Source: Bdellovibrionales bacterium RIFOXYD12_FULL_39_22 (lineage in GTDB: Bacteria > Bdellovibrionota > Bacteriovoracia > Bacteriovoracales > Bacteriovoracaceae). Taken from it: a DNA stretch of 19,461 nucleotides. Positions 1 through 8,389 of this stretch are shown piece by piece. The stretch lies in the NCBI GenBank assembly GCA_001770205.1, contig MEQL01000062.1, positions 1-19,461 on the forward strand. Reading direction: 5' to 3'. Both the position numbers and the translations under genes were made by a program. Positions within the stretch are counted from its first letter, which is position 1. The number at the start of each line of letters is the position of its first letter. The notes under the pieces were generated by a model. That model was not told the DNA's origin, made no database searches, and saw only the letters and a program-made list of their open reading frames with translations.

Positions 1-758
1 CTTCGGCCAACGGACTTGGAAGCAATAATATGAAGGGTGTTTTTATAGATACTAACGATTATATATATGTGGCAACGACAGGAGGTCTTTCGATTTCTAC
101 AACAGGTGGAGCTACATTCACAAATAAGACCTCGCTCCAGGGTTTGGGGAGTAATACAGTTTATGGTGTGTATGTGGGTGCAAATGGCCATATTTATGCT
201 GCCACGGCCGGAGGCGTTTCGATTTCTACAGATGGAGGAGCTAGTTTCACAAATAAAACGACGGCCCAAGGCCTTGGAAGCAATACAGTAAACAACGTGA
301 TTGTTGGATTGGGCGGTACAATTTATGCGGCAACTGGCGCAGGCCTTTCAATTTCTACGGATGGAGGAGTAAGCTTTACAAACAAAACAACAGTTCAGGG
401 CCTAGGGGCCAATACGGTGTACAACGTTTATATTGATTCTAATGATTATATTTATGCGGCAACTGGCGCAGGCCTTTCAATTTCTACAGATGGAGGAGTA
501 AGTTTTGTAAATAAAACAACAGTTCAAGGATTGGGCAATAATGCAATATACGATATATATGTAGATCCATTGACTGGCGCCATTTATGTTGCAACGTACG
601 GAGGTTTTTCGATTTCTACAGATGGTGGGGTGAGTTTTGTTAATAAAACAACCAACCATGGAATTGGAAATAACGCGATCAAGGGTATTTATTTTGATTC
701 CAACAGCGACGTTTTCTTGGCAACTGAAAATGGGTTATCTACCAATAGCTACCCTTGA
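1..758 (+). CDS. 3' part of a repeat beta-propeller protein (Reg_prop/BNR Asp-box-type blades), 5'-truncated by the window edge
   Basis: The frame is open upstream of the ATG at 30 (codons from 3: SANGLGSNN-MKG), so 30 is probably not the true start. Five full 43-44 aa repeats (xxxGLGSNTVYxVYVDxNxxIYAATxxGLSISTDGGxSFTNKT) plus a partial sixth. TGA at 756-758. Confidence 0.85.
   Translation, partial: SANGLGSNNMKGVFIDTNDYIYVATTGGLSISTTGGATFTNKTSLQGLGSNTVYGVYVGANGHIYAATAGGVSISTDGGASFTNKTTAQGLGSNTVNNVIVGLGGTIYAATGAGLSISTDGGVSFTNKTTVQGLGANTVYNVYIDSNDYIYAATGAGLSISTDGGVSFVNKTTVQGLGNNAIYDIYVDPLTGAIYVATYGGFSISTDGGVSFVNKTTNHGIGNNAIKGIYFDSNSDVFLATENGLSTNSYP
3..740 (+). repeat. Intragenic tandem repeats, ~129-bp period
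   Basis: atttatgcggcaactggcgcaggcctttcaatttctac occurs at 321 and 450 (129 bp apart); atttctac..atggaggag/atggtgggg recurs once per unit. Confidence 0.9.
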
Positions 759-807
759 CAGAATAATTGCCGACGGTGTTACCCCATTAAGTTGGAATAT
801 TTAAGCA
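607..807 (+). repeat. 201-bp direct repeat, copy 1
   Basis: Matches 5276-5476 (offset 4669) with 2 mismatches: 760a/5429c and 783c/5452t. Covers the last ~50 codons of the propeller gene plus 49 bp downstream. Confidence 0.95.
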
Positions 808-926
808 ATATAACAGAAGTTTCAGCTAGAAGCTCGTGAGAGTTTTGTCTTCTGCGTTTACAAAAAAATATTAAATGTAAACCATAAAACAATGTTATAG
901 TACAAGGGGAATAATCTTTTATCGAC

Positions 927-968
927 TAAGCCGTAAAACCCCTGGCCTTGGCTCCTGGGAGTTTTTAC
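927..968. repeat. Imperfect hairpin resembling an IS200/IS605-type end or small palindromic element
   Basis: TAAGCCGTAAAACCCCTGG-ccttggct-CCTGGGAGTTTTTAC; the arms pair imperfectly. GC-rich patch in an AT-rich spacer. Resemblance to IS605/IS1341 ends is from recall only. Confidence 0.35.
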
Positions 969-1009
969 TAGTAGTTAATATATAATGCCTATGCCAAAGG
1001 GGATACTGC

Positions 1010-4000
1010 ATGCCAGGACATTTTGGATCGACTAAAATTAACTCCGCGGTATTTATTATTGCGCTTGTTTTTATTAGTTGCGGTGTTACTACTTCTTCTT
1101 CCAAAAAAGTGAGCGAAGTGATTCCTCCGTCGTCAACATCTACCCCAATTGTTGTTTCTGATATAATTGATCGGCCATATTTTTTGGCATTTCGAAGTAT
1201 TGACAATACCGTAAGACTAACCTTTAGTGAGGCGGTTCATTCAACTGATGGAGCAAATCTTTCAGCGTCATGTTTTTCTGCTGTCTTAACTGGTGGCGTG
1301 GCAACAATTGGCCCATTACCGAGCTTGAGTAAAATAAGCGATACCGTCTACACTTTGGATCTTGATATTCAAGAAACCTCCAATGGACTTGAGATGGTGA
1401 CTATTCAAGTTGTCAGTGGAAAAATTTTTGATACAGAAGGAAACGAAGCTCTTCCCATTCCACAAGTTGTGCAGCTTCTGGATTTTGTGATGCCGAGCTA
1501 CAATGTAGATTACAGCGTTGAAGGGAGTATTAATGTAAACTTCAGTGAGGATGTTGTCGATATATTCCAAACTGATTTAACAAAAGATGATTTTAATGTC
1601 ACGATTGTTGGAGGTACGGCAACACTTGGTCCTTCGTGGACACTAACAAAAATAAATGATAGTACTTATAAAATTAGCCTAGATCTCCAATCATTGCCAA
1701 ATGGCTCAGAAGTCGTTCACGTCAACATGGCCCCCAATAGCGTTTTTGATCTTGGTAAGAATTTAGTGTTAAGTTCCGATCAGACAGTTACACTTCAAGA
1801 TCAGACGCCTCCAACGTTCAGTATTACTGTCAACACTCATGGTTCCGTGATTGTTGACTTTAGCGAAGCAGTTTCTGACGAAGTCAACGAAGATCTTTCT
1901 ACAACTGATCTATCGGCCAACATCGTAGGTGGAGTTGCTACCAAGGGTGCCGGGTGGGCAGTTACAAAAGTAAACTCTTCTCGTTATATCATTGACCTTG
2001 ATTTACAAGCCGTGCCGAACGGAGATGAGATTGTTTCAGTAAACGTTGTAGATAATAAAGTATATGATTTGAATGATTTTGAAGCACAAAGTTCGATAAA
2101 AAGCGATAATCTGCTGGCGGAAGACATTCATTTGATAACACCAGTCAATATCAACATCAATTCAGAAGCAACATTAAGCGCTATAGGTGGATCTGGATCC
2201 GGGTATACCTATTCTATCGTTTCGGGCGAAGGCAGTATCGGTCCAGGAACTGGTATTTTCTTTTCTGGAAGCAATGTGCGAACAACGGTTGTCAGAGTGA
2301 CAGACAGTTACGCAAATTTCGAAGATGTTTCCATACATATTGGAGGTACTGGTCTGTATGCCGTTGGTGGCTATGATGGCACAACGATGGACGATGTTGA
2401 GATATCATTCAACGGAATTGATTGGAGTCGTACTGATACTGTTTTGCCATCTCCACATGGAGAGGCCGTGCTAAAAGTATACAAAGATAGATTGTGGTTT
2501 ATTGGCGGTTACAGCGTTTCAAGAAATGTTTTCTCCAGCGCAGATGGAGTTAGTTGGACAAATCACGCCAACGTATTACCGACTGGTGTCGATTGGGGTG
2601 CCGCAGATGTCTACAACGGAACACTTTACTATGTTGGTGGCGCAGTAGGATTAGTTCTAAGCTCGACAACAGGATCTTCTTGGTCAAATGTGGGAGGACT
2701 TTCTGGAGGATCAGATGGAGGCCATCTCTTTTCTTACGATAATAAAATGTGGTTTGCAGATAATGATACAGTTGTCTGGACTACTGATTTAGTTGATTGG
2801 CATGGCGGGACTATTACATTGCCAGCAAGTAGAATATACATGGCCGGTACTGTTTTCAAAAATAAAATGTGGTTGCTTGGTGGAAATACTGGAAGTACTA
2901 ACGTGTGGTACTCTTCCGATGGTAGTGATTGGCATAATGGTATATATACGTTGCCATCTGGCCGTGATGATGGAGAAGTGACAGCCTTTAACAATCGAAT
3001 TTGGTACATAGCTGGAAGCGATAATGTTGGTTATACGCGTAGCAATTTATCGTCAGTGGATGGTTCGTCATGGGAGGTTCATAGCAACGTTATGAACGTA
3101 AATCGCGATCGTTACGGGCTCGAAGTATTCACAGATAAAACCAAAGGGCCTAATCTTGTGACACTAACTTTTGCGGCAGATATATTTTCAATAAATGATT
3201 TACGCGGCAGCGTGTATAATGAGTTCGGAGCAATTATTTTCGTTGCTTCCTATGGGATTGGAATTTTATCTTCTGTGGATGGCGGTGCAACGTGGAATGA
3301 AATAAATTCGTCAAATGGGATTATCAGTGAAGATGTTTATAATGTTTGCCTGGATCGAAGCGGTAATCTTTATGCCGCTACGAACGGAGGACTTGGCGTT
3401 TCAGCAAGTAGTGGCAGTACTTGGAGCAACTTTACTACGACCGACGGACTTGCTAGCAACATAGTTCGTGATGTTTATGTTGACCGTCGTAATTATATTT
3501 ACGCTGCAACTGAACTAGGATTATCAGTATCTACCAACAGTGGTTCTAATTGGATAACTTATGATTCCGGGGATGGGCTTGCCGAAAACGTGATTAAAGA
3601 TATTTTTGTCGACTTTAATTACGTAATCTATGCTGCCACTGATAGCGGCCTTTCCGTCTCATCAAATGGAGGAGTTTCCTGGACGACATATACAACCGTT
3701 AATGGACTGGGGTCGAATGTGATAAAACACGTAACTGTTGGCACAACGGGAATAATTTATGTTGCCACATCCGAAGGACTTTCGGTTTCAGTTGATCAAG
3801 GTAGCACTTGGCGAAATTTTGATACCACGCTTGGCCTACCAAGTAATGATACGTCAAGTGTATCGGTTGATAATTATGGAGTAATCTATCTATCCACCGC
3901 TAATTCGGGGTTGGTTATTTCAAAAAATGGTGGAGTAAGTTGGACAGTATTTGATACTGGAGATGGATTGCCCTCCAATTCTCCATCACAAGTGACAATT

Positions 4001-4060
4001 GACAACGCTGGCAAGATTTATACGCCAACATCTAGCGGAATGGCCATCGGCGGACCATAG
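1010..4060 (+). CDS. Large surface lipoprotein: three Ig-like (SbsA/Big_5-like) repeats, one further Ig-like domain, a 6-blade Kelch-like/Asp-box propeller and a 7-blade Reg_prop/BNR propeller
   Basis: 1016-aa ORF with hydrophobic N-terminus and lipobox-like FIS-C24 followed by a Ser/Thr/Pro linker. Three ~107-aa repeats (VxFSExV...GGxATxG...LDLQxxxNGxE...VFD). Six Kelch-like blades, most with GG and SxDGxxW (~2350-3130). Seven 43-aa blades like those of the upstream gene (~3180-4057). Confidence 0.85.
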   Translation: MPGHFGSTKINSAVFIIALVFISCGVTTSSSKKVSEVIPPSSTSTPIVVSDIIDRPYFLAFRSIDNTVRLTFSEAVHSTDGANLSASCFSAVLTGGVATIGPLPSLSKISDTVYTLDLDIQETSNGLEMVTIQVVSGKIFDTEGNEALPIPQVVQLLDFVMPSYNVDYSVEGSINVNFSEDVVDIFQTDLTKDDFNVTIVGGTATLGPSWTLTKINDSTYKISLDLQSLPNGSEVVHVNMAPNSVFDLGKNLVLSSDQTVTLQDQTPPTFSITVNTHGSVIVDFSEAVSDEVNEDLSTTDLSANIVGGVATKGAGWAVTKVNSSRYIIDLDLQAVPNGDEIVSVNVVDNKVYDLNDFEAQSSIKSDNLLAEDIHLITPVNININSEATLSAIGGSGSGYTYSIVSGEGSIGPGTGIFFSGSNVRTTVVRVTDSYANFEDVSIHIGGTGLYAVGGYDGTTMDDVEISFNGIDWSRTDTVLPSPHGEAVLKVYKDRLWFIGGYSVSRNVFSSADGVSWTNHANVLPTGVDWGAADVYNGTLYYVGGAVGLVLSSTTGSSWSNVGGLSGGSDGGHLFSYDNKMWFADNDTVVWTTDLVDWHGGTITLPASRIYMAGTVFKNKMWLLGGNTGSTNVWYSSDGSDWHNGIYTLPSGRDDGEVTAFNNRIWYIAGSDNVGYTRSNLSSVDGSSWEVHSNVMNVNRDRYGLEVFTDKTKGPNLVTLTFAADIFSINDLRGSVYNEFGAIIFVASYGIGILSSVDGGATWNEINSSNGIISEDVYNVCLDRSGNLYAATNGGLGVSASSGSTWSNFTTTDGLASNIVRDVYVDRRNYIYAATELGLSVSTNSGSNWITYDSGDGLAENVIKDIFVDFNYVIYAATDSGLSVSSNGGVSWTTYTTVNGLGSNVIKHVTVGTTGIIYVATSEGLSVSVDQGSTWRNFDTTLGLPSNDTSSVSVDNYGVIYLSTANSGLVISKNGGVSWTVFDTGDGLPSNSPSQVTIDNAGKIYTPTSSGMAIGGP

Positions 4061-4298
4061 TAACTCAGGACCCTGTAGTTTTCTGCGATAGAAAAAGCGA
4101 GGTGAACTATTGCCATTCTAAGATCTCTTTAGGTCTGGTTATTTGTAAATGGTATGTCAAAATTATTTATAAGCTGAAGAACATCTATTTGGCGCTTAAT
4201 CCTTCTGTTTACCCAAATATCTTTTGTTAGTAAAAACGAGATTATTTTCATATTGAAATTATATCGGGCAGACATTTAATCTGACAGTTTCTGCAATA

Positions 4299-4601
4299 CT
4301 AAATATTCAATTTCCCTTTTTGCCTTAGATCTTCGATGAGATCTACAAAGTATTCGGCGGATTGTGCGCCTTGCACTGGAATGCCGTTAATCAAAAATCC
4401 AGGCGTCCCATCGCCCAACCCCATTTTGTTGGCCTCTTGTTGATCGGACGCAATCCTCATCGCGATTTTATCTGATTTAATATCATTTGCAAGTCTGGCC
4501 ATATCAATACCAACTTGCTTGGCAATGCTTTTGAAAAATAATTCTCCGTTGCGAATTTTTCCATGCTCGCGAAAAATTGCATCGTGGAATTTAAATGCCT
4601 G
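4299..4601 (-). pseudogene. 5'-truncated DsbA/thioredoxin-fold protein (C-terminal half only)
   Basis: The frame extends upstream of the ORF-track Met: QAFKFHDAIFREHGKIRNGELFFKSIAKQVGIDMARLANDIKS...GTPGFLINGIPVQGAQ. This has the DsbA FHDAIF helix and cis-Pro GTPxFxING motif. No CXXC and no start; it abuts the IS630 remnant. Confidence 0.8.
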
Positions 4602-4604
4602 ACT

Positions 4605-5136
4605 TACGGTGTGTTTAGAATTAAGGATGAAACAAGACGCTAGGAAATTAGACCACTCTTGTCAAAGATCAATATTCAAAGCATGGCAACAGAATGAACA
4701 ACAAGTTACGAAGTGGATTAAAAAAGTTTTCCCACAAATAAAAGCTAGAGCAAAAAAAGAGGGCGCGGATTTTCCATGAATATGATTTCTGCCGTCAGTC
4801 CCAGAGGAGATTTTAGATTTATGGTGGTGGACGGAACCGTTTCGACGACGGTTTTCTTGGAATTTCTGAAACGACTGCTGGTTGGATCGAAAAAAAAGAT
4901 TTTTTTTATTGTTGATGGCCACTCGATCCACAGGTCGAAAAAAGTGAAAGAATTTATATCAAAGCAAAATAACCGAATGGAAATTTTCTACCTCCCGCCA
5001 TATTCACCAGAGTTGAATCCAGACGAACTTGCATGGAATACGCTGAAGAATGGCATTTGTGGGAAGATCATCAATTAAAGACAAGAACGAATTAAAATCT
5101 AAAGTTGTTGGCGGATTAAGGCGAATTCAAAATCCC
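4605..5136 (+). mobile_element. IS630-family remnant (transposase pseudogene with internal deletions, frameshift and 3' truncation)
   Basis: 4627-4779: MKQDARKLDH|SCQRSIFKAWQQNEQQVTKWIKKVFPQIKARAKKEGAD. 4776-5078: MNMISAVSPRG...IVDGHSIH...LPPYSPELNPDELAW (DDE_3 signature). After an extra T at 5056-5058: VGRSSIKDKNELKSKVVGGLRRIQ. Boundaries approximate; TA at 4605-4606 is a tentative left edge. Confidence 0.85.
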
Positions 5137-5269
5137 AGGGAATTTCGTACACGCGCGCGTCTTTTGGGTTTTTTAGAGTTGGCCAACAAAATTGATTTTA
5201 AGATTTTAGGATTTCGGGTAGGATGTACGGGCGGAGGGTATAGGAGACCCCGTTTATTCTTACTATACT

Positions 5270-5427
5270 CAGGCCTTTCGATTTCTACAGATGGTGGGGT
5301 GAGTTTTGTTAATAAAACAACCAACCATGGAATTGGAAATAACGCGATCAAGGGTATTTATTTTGATTCCAACAGCGACGTTTTCTTGGCAACTGAAAAT
5401 GGGTTATCTACCAATAGCTACCCTTGA
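5270..5427 (+). pseudogene. Orphan 3' fragment of the propeller gene
   Basis: Encodes GLSISTDGGVSFVNKTTNHGIGNNAIKGIYFDSNSDVFLATENGLSTNSYP*, identical to the end of the first ORF except GLS vs GFS. No start of its own. Confidence 0.8.
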
Positions 5428-5476
5428 CCGAATAATTGCCGACGGTGTTACTCCATTAAGTTGGAATATTTAAGCA
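5276..5476 (+). repeat. 201-bp direct repeat, copy 2
   Basis: 199/201 identical to 607-807 by manual alignment. Confidence 0.95.
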
Positions 5477-5611
5477 GTTTTATATTAAAAAAGCATATTC
5501 TAAGAGTGTAATTAAGCATAACATATTTAGGCAAAAAATTGTTTTTTTAAAATACTTAATATTTATTATGATTTTTAAAAAGTTGCAAGCAGCAACAAAG
5601 AGAGATCGCAA

Positions 5612-6280
5612 ATGAAAAAAATACTTATTAATTGGCAATACAAAGTAGCGATACTGTTTTTTTTATTCTTTATTATGACACCGCTGTCGTATTCAAAAGA
5701 TAATTTAGCTGGCAGTGTTGGTGAGTTGCGTGAATGCCTAGAAAAAATGGAAGAAGGATTTCGGAAAAATAATTGGAAGGGGGCCGAGAACGAATTGAAT
5801 GAATTCAAAAAGGGCCTTAATGAAATTAGGCCGGAGTTAATGAAAAAATGGGAGATAAAAGAATTAGAGAAACTTGATTTATTAGTTGGATCTTTGGGGA
5901 TGGCCATTTCGAAAGAGAGTAAGGTTATGGCCGAAAATCGTTTTAGATCAGTCTCTTTCGCTTTTGTGGAACTTCTCAAGAAATTCCCAGAAGTTGAAAC
6001 ATCTTGGATTGAATTTTCGTGTAGATATATCGATCAATCGCTGGAGTACTTGGCCGCAAAAAAATATTATGATTCTCAGCAAGAACTCGGTGAGATTTTA
6101 GAGTTGTTGGAAAAAAATGAGATGGCCGCAGATAAAAAAGAAAAAGGCAATATCCGGCCATTGGCGGAAGAAGCAATAAAATTACTGACGGAAAAAGAAT
6201 ACGATAAAGCGAAAAGCATTATGATTAAACTTAAAGAATCTCTAAATCAATTAAGAACAACCAATCGGCATGGTGTTTAA
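5612..6280 (+). CDS. Exported alpha-helical hypothetical protein, possible accessory of the downstream sensor kinase
   Basis: 222 aa; MKK plus hydrophobic stretch plus LSYS-KD signal-peptide-like N-terminus; E/K/L-rich amphipathic helices; overlaps the kinase start by 11 nt. Confidence 0.75.
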   Translation: MKKILINWQYKVAILFFLFFIMTPLSYSKDNLAGSVGELRECLEKMEEGFRKNNWKGAENELNEFKKGLNEIRPELMKKWEIKELEKLDLLVGSLGMAISKESKVMAENRFRSVSFAFVELLKKFPEVETSWIEFSCRYIDQSLEYLAAKKYYDSQQELGEILELLEKNEMAADKKEKGNIRPLAEEAIKLLTEKEYDKAKSIMIKLKESLNQLRTTNRHGV

Positions 6281-8363
6281 GCAAATAAAGTCAAATTTTG
6301 GCCACCAATTACTGCTAATATTTGTTGGATTGATATCGATTGCCTTTTTGGCAATTGGTTATTTTAGCTATTCTTATATGAGAGAGGCCTTGATTAATGA
6401 GGTCCAGACTAGACTAGATCTTGTTTTGAGATTAAAACTAGAGGCACTAGAAAAGCAAATGGCGAGTCTAATACTGCGCAAAGTACCCGAAGAATTAATC
6501 GCAGACACGATTCAAGGACATATAGAAAAACCACTAATTGAAGATGGATTTATTGCTATTATTCGGCCCCCATTTTCAATTGTTGCGGCTTCCAACAATG
6601 TCAGCCTGGATACCTTTACTCCAATTTTTTTATCAAAAAATTTAATGCCTGAAGCGGTGAATACACTAAAAATTACTTTTGATAATAAAACTTTTCTCTC
6701 GAGATATGTGTCATTTAAAGAAATAAACTGGGTGTTATTGGCCGGGGAAGAGGAGGCGCGTTTAACAGATGGCCTATTCCGACTGCGAAATAAAATTATC
6801 GTTATATATTTTATAATTCTATTATTTATGATTGTGGCATCTAAATTTATTACGTGGAGAATTGTTGAACCTATTAAAATATTGTCGATATTTGCCAAAA
6901 CTTTTTCAATAAATAAGAAAAACGACTTAATTAAAACTGGCCGGATAGATGAAATCGGAGTTCTTACGACCTCATTTAATTGGATGACTACCAATTTGGA
7001 GATAGCGATAGAAAAGGAAAGGCAACTAAGAGAAGCGCAGATCATGCTAAACACGTTCTTGCAGTTGACGACAAAAAACATCTCATTAAAAGAAGCGTTG
7101 GGCATAGTGATTGAAAAGGTCGTTTTATTTGATCCCAAGATATTTCAACCGCGTGGGTGTATTCTTCTCACAAATAGTGCCGATAAGGCGGCATCCTCGC
7201 AGCTCAAAATAGTTGCGGCCATAAATTTTGATGATTTTATTTTGAAAAATTACACAGATCTTACGCTCAATAATTGGGTGGAGGATAAAATAACAAAAGG
7301 GGAAATTGTTTTTAAAAGTTATTCTTACGCCGGGCAACTGCATCAGGAAGTGGAGTCAGGTAACTACTTGTGTGTTCCAATATTAAATGAATCCAGCAAA
7401 ATATTGGGGATAATGAATGTGTATGTCACAGAAAAGTGCAAAGAAGATGATACGGTAGTAAAGCTTTTGAAATCGGTATCTGATGTGATTGCAGGATTAA
7501 TTCAATATAAGATACTAGAAGAAGAAAAAGAGGAGATTCAATTACGTCTTGTAGAAATATCTCGACAGGCCGGTATGTCGGAAGTTGCCACTGGTGTTTT
7601 GCATAATGTCGGAAATGTTCTTAACAGTATAAATATTTCTGCGGGTGAGATCGATGATATTTTAAAAAAATCCTGCGGGAGTAAATTTGCCCAAATTGTT
7701 CCCGTAATTGAAAACAAATTTGGCCAACTTGATAATTATTTTAGCACTGATAAAAAAGGAAAGCTTATTCCACAAATTCTTGTTCAATTAAAAGAGGAAC
7801 AAGGCAAGGAAGACTTAACATTGGCCAGAGAAATAAAAAATCTTAAAAACAATGTAGAGCATGTCAAAAACATTATCTCGGTTCAGCAATCTATGGCCGG
7901 AATCAAAGGCCTGGTAGAGGAAATTTCTCTGAGGGCATTAATTGATCAAGCTATTCAAGTAAACTCAATTGCGCTAGATAGGCATTCAATTAAACTGACA
8001 AAAAAATACCAGAAAGAAGTTATCGCCAAAACTGATCGTTTGAAGGTTCTTCAAATAATAGTTAACTTGCTCAGCAACTCAAAACATGCTTTATTAGGAG
8101 TTGATGGTGGGAAAATTGATATTGTGTTAGAAAAAAAAGATGAATGGGCCTATCTGGAAATAATAGATAACGGGATTGGAATTGAAAAAGAAAATATGAC
8201 GAATATTTTTCAATTTGGCCATACTACCAAGCGTAATGGCCATGGTTTTGGTCTGCATAGTTCAGCATTGTCGGCCAAAGAGTTAGGAGGAGAGTTAACC
8301 GCAAAAAGTGAAGGGAAAAATAAGGGAGCAACATTTACACTAAAAATTCCAATTAATAGTTAA
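6270..8363 (+). CDS. Membrane sensor histidine kinase (TM, periplasmic Cache-like, TM, HAMP, GAF, HisKA, HATPase_c)
   Basis: Two TM segments; HAMP (EPIKIL...DEIGVLTTSFNWM); GAF-like (YLCVPILNESSKILGIMNVY); H-box AGMSEVATGVLHNVGNVLN; N-box NLLSNSKHA; G1 DNGIGI; F-box IFQFGHTT; G2 GHGFGL. Confidence 0.93.
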   Translation: MVFKQIKSNFGHQLLLIFVGLISIAFLAIGYFSYSYMREALINEVQTRLDLVLRLKLEALEKQMASLILRKVPEELIADTIQGHIEKPLIEDGFIAIIRPPFSIVAASNNVSLDTFTPIFLSKNLMPEAVNTLKITFDNKTFLSRYVSFKEINWVLLAGEEEARLTDGLFRLRNKIIVIYFIILLFMIVASKFITWRIVEPIKILSIFAKTFSINKKNDLIKTGRIDEIGVLTTSFNWMTTNLEIAIEKERQLREAQIMLNTFLQLTTKNISLKEALGIVIEKVVLFDPKIFQPRGCILLTNSADKAASSQLKIVAAINFDDFILKNYTDLTLNNWVEDKITKGEIVFKSYSYAGQLHQEVESGNYLCVPILNESSKILGIMNVYVTEKCKEDDTVVKLLKSVSDVIAGLIQYKILEEEKEEIQLRLVEISRQAGMSEVATGVLHNVGNVLNSINISAGEIDDILKKSCGSKFAQIVPVIENKFGQLDNYFSTDKKGKLIPQILVQLKEEQGKEDLTLAREIKNLKNNVEHVKNIISVQQSMAGIKGLVEEISLRALIDQAIQVNSIALDRHSIKLTKKYQKEVIAKTDRLKVLQIIVNLLSNSKHALLGVDGGKIDIVLEKKDEWAYLEIIDNGIGIEKENMTNIFQFGHTTKRNGHGFGLHSSALSAKELGGELTAKSEGKNKGATFTLKIPINS

Positions 8364-8389
8364 TGATTAATAGTGACAGGTGAATAAAT

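Noticed and set aside
3..740. CRISPR array
   Set aside because: Repeats are in-frame 129-bp coding units with no unique spacers, and there are no cas genes.
1010..4060. Sialidase or hybrid two-component sensor call
   Set aside because: No RIP/FRIP-type catalytic motif seen; no C-terminal TM or kinase follows the propeller.
4130..4270. 40-codon minus-strand ORF (MKIISFLLTK...) behind a CCCGATAT sigma28-like -10
   Set aside because: No matching -35 element and no recognisable protein features.
5229..5252. tRNA 3' fragment on the minus strand (GGCGGAGGGTATAGGA) as an att site
   Set aside because: The T-loop complement TTCGAA does not follow and no cloverleaf can be built.
5259..5273. IS1380-family terminal inverted repeat
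   Set aside because: Only the CCTGA terminus resembles it; no partner end or transposase is visible. Kept only as part of the unexplained segment.
5050..5427. 125-aa ORF as a genuine gene
   Set aside because: It is a chimera of the IS630 tail, an unrelated spacer and the duplicated propeller end; no convincing SD.
607..5476. Diversity-generating retroelement (VR/TR pair at a gene 3' end)
   Set aside because: Only two mismatches, both outside the coding part and not adenine-specific; no reverse transcriptase in the window.
6512..7138. 208-aa minus-strand ORF and other short overlapping ORFs in the track (e.g. 919-1206, 9331-9603, 12684-13043, 16163-16552)
   Set aside because: Antisense or alternate-frame shadows of well-supported genes with no recognisable motifs.
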